Under the pieces are notes generated by a model that searched no databases, had not been told where the DNA came from, and saw only the letters and a list, made by a program, of their open reading frames with translations. Source: Camelus dromedarius (lineage: Eukaryota). Taken from it: a DNA stretch of 64,000 nt. Below, piece after piece: positions 63,135 to 64,000 of this stretch. Location of the stretch: NCBI RefSeq assembly GCF_036321535.1, contig NC_087437.1, positions 12,526,001-12,590,000 on the forward strand, written 5' to 3'. The position numbers were made by a program, and so were the translations under genes. How positions within the stretch are numbered: the stretch's first letter is position 1; each line of letters begins with the position of its first letter.

Positions 63135-64000
63135 AAGCCACGTAACTTCTTTAAAGACATGCAGATGAGAACTTTAACATCCAACTGATGACTTTTTTAG
63201 ATACAAGTAGCGACTGTGCTTGACTTTCCTGTCTAGAACTTGGCTCTGAAAGCAGTTCTGGAAGAAGAGAGAGGAAATTGTTGGAAGCAGTGGCGCCAAC
63301 GTTGGGACAGGTAGCATCCCAGGATTTTGTCTAAAAGGTCACACGTTATATTAAACCACATACATTATAAATAGTGGAGTGCTTTGCCATTTACATCAGC
63401 TCATGACAAACTTACTACCCTTTACCTTTTGTAAACTTCCAAAGAGGAACTTAAAACAAATATACGTAAGTAAACTAGCATGGTGTCCTGGACCATTTTA
63501 AAGATGAACCCAAGTCAGAAGAACATGACTGTCTCCCTTCTGTATCTTGTAATGTGAAGACATACATTTCTACCACTTCCACATCTAAGGGAGTTTGTGA
63601 GAACACAATATCGGGGGTACAAAAAACTGTGAATGTGTTTTGACAAATCAAAATGCTTGAGAAACTGAAGATACAGTTGTGGTTAATTGTATTGGCCCAA
63701 GGCTGCAGAAGACCTTTTGTCTGGGACTCCCTGAATCAGATGGAAGCCAGGGCATGACTTTTCTCCTGAAATGCACATCACCCGAGACTTCCCATCTCAC
63801 AGTGCTGAGCCCATCTCCAGCGGAGAAATGTACTCTGGGCATATGCTTGTCCCAGTAGGACCTCCCCGACCTACTTAGCTTTCCAACTTTGCTCATCTGA
63901 AAAGATACTCCCATCTTTCTTAGCGTTTCCTCCTGGAATCTAATTATGCGAAACCGGGGGTGCACAAACACCACCTCATAGCCACACTCATCACGGAGCT

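Overview
Mammalian genomic DNA, most likely from a camelid (alpaca, llama or camel). The evidence is a vic-1-type tRNA-Ala SINE, a distinctive young L1 3' end, and no Alu, Bov-tA/BovB, PRE-1 or SINEC elements that I could recognise. The window lies inside the retinoic acid receptor beta gene (RARB, + strand). It holds two coding exons that together encode the end of the A/B region and both zinc fingers of the DNA-binding domain: 5328-5476 (149 nt) and 44317-44458 (142 nt), separated by a 38,840-nt intron. Everything else is intron, with old repeats (MIR, L2, L1M, MaLR LTRs, hAT MITEs), about nine short young L1 insertions (several with clear target-site duplications, TSDs), two ERV1-type solo LTRs, microsatellites and several non-repetitive motif-rich blocks that may be enhancers. 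I see no prokaryotic-type system and no novel protein-coding gene; the other ORFs in the track look spurious or L1-derived. The points most worth checking are a cryptic ~20-bp-period tandem array (39459-39660), a perfect DR2 retinoic-acid-response element, a MEIS/PBX-HOX composite site, several odd retrotransposition products, and the stop-free 291-nt frame that the two exons would form if back-spliced. Repeat family names are from recognition by eye, not a database search, and their boundaries are approximate unless TSDs are quoted.
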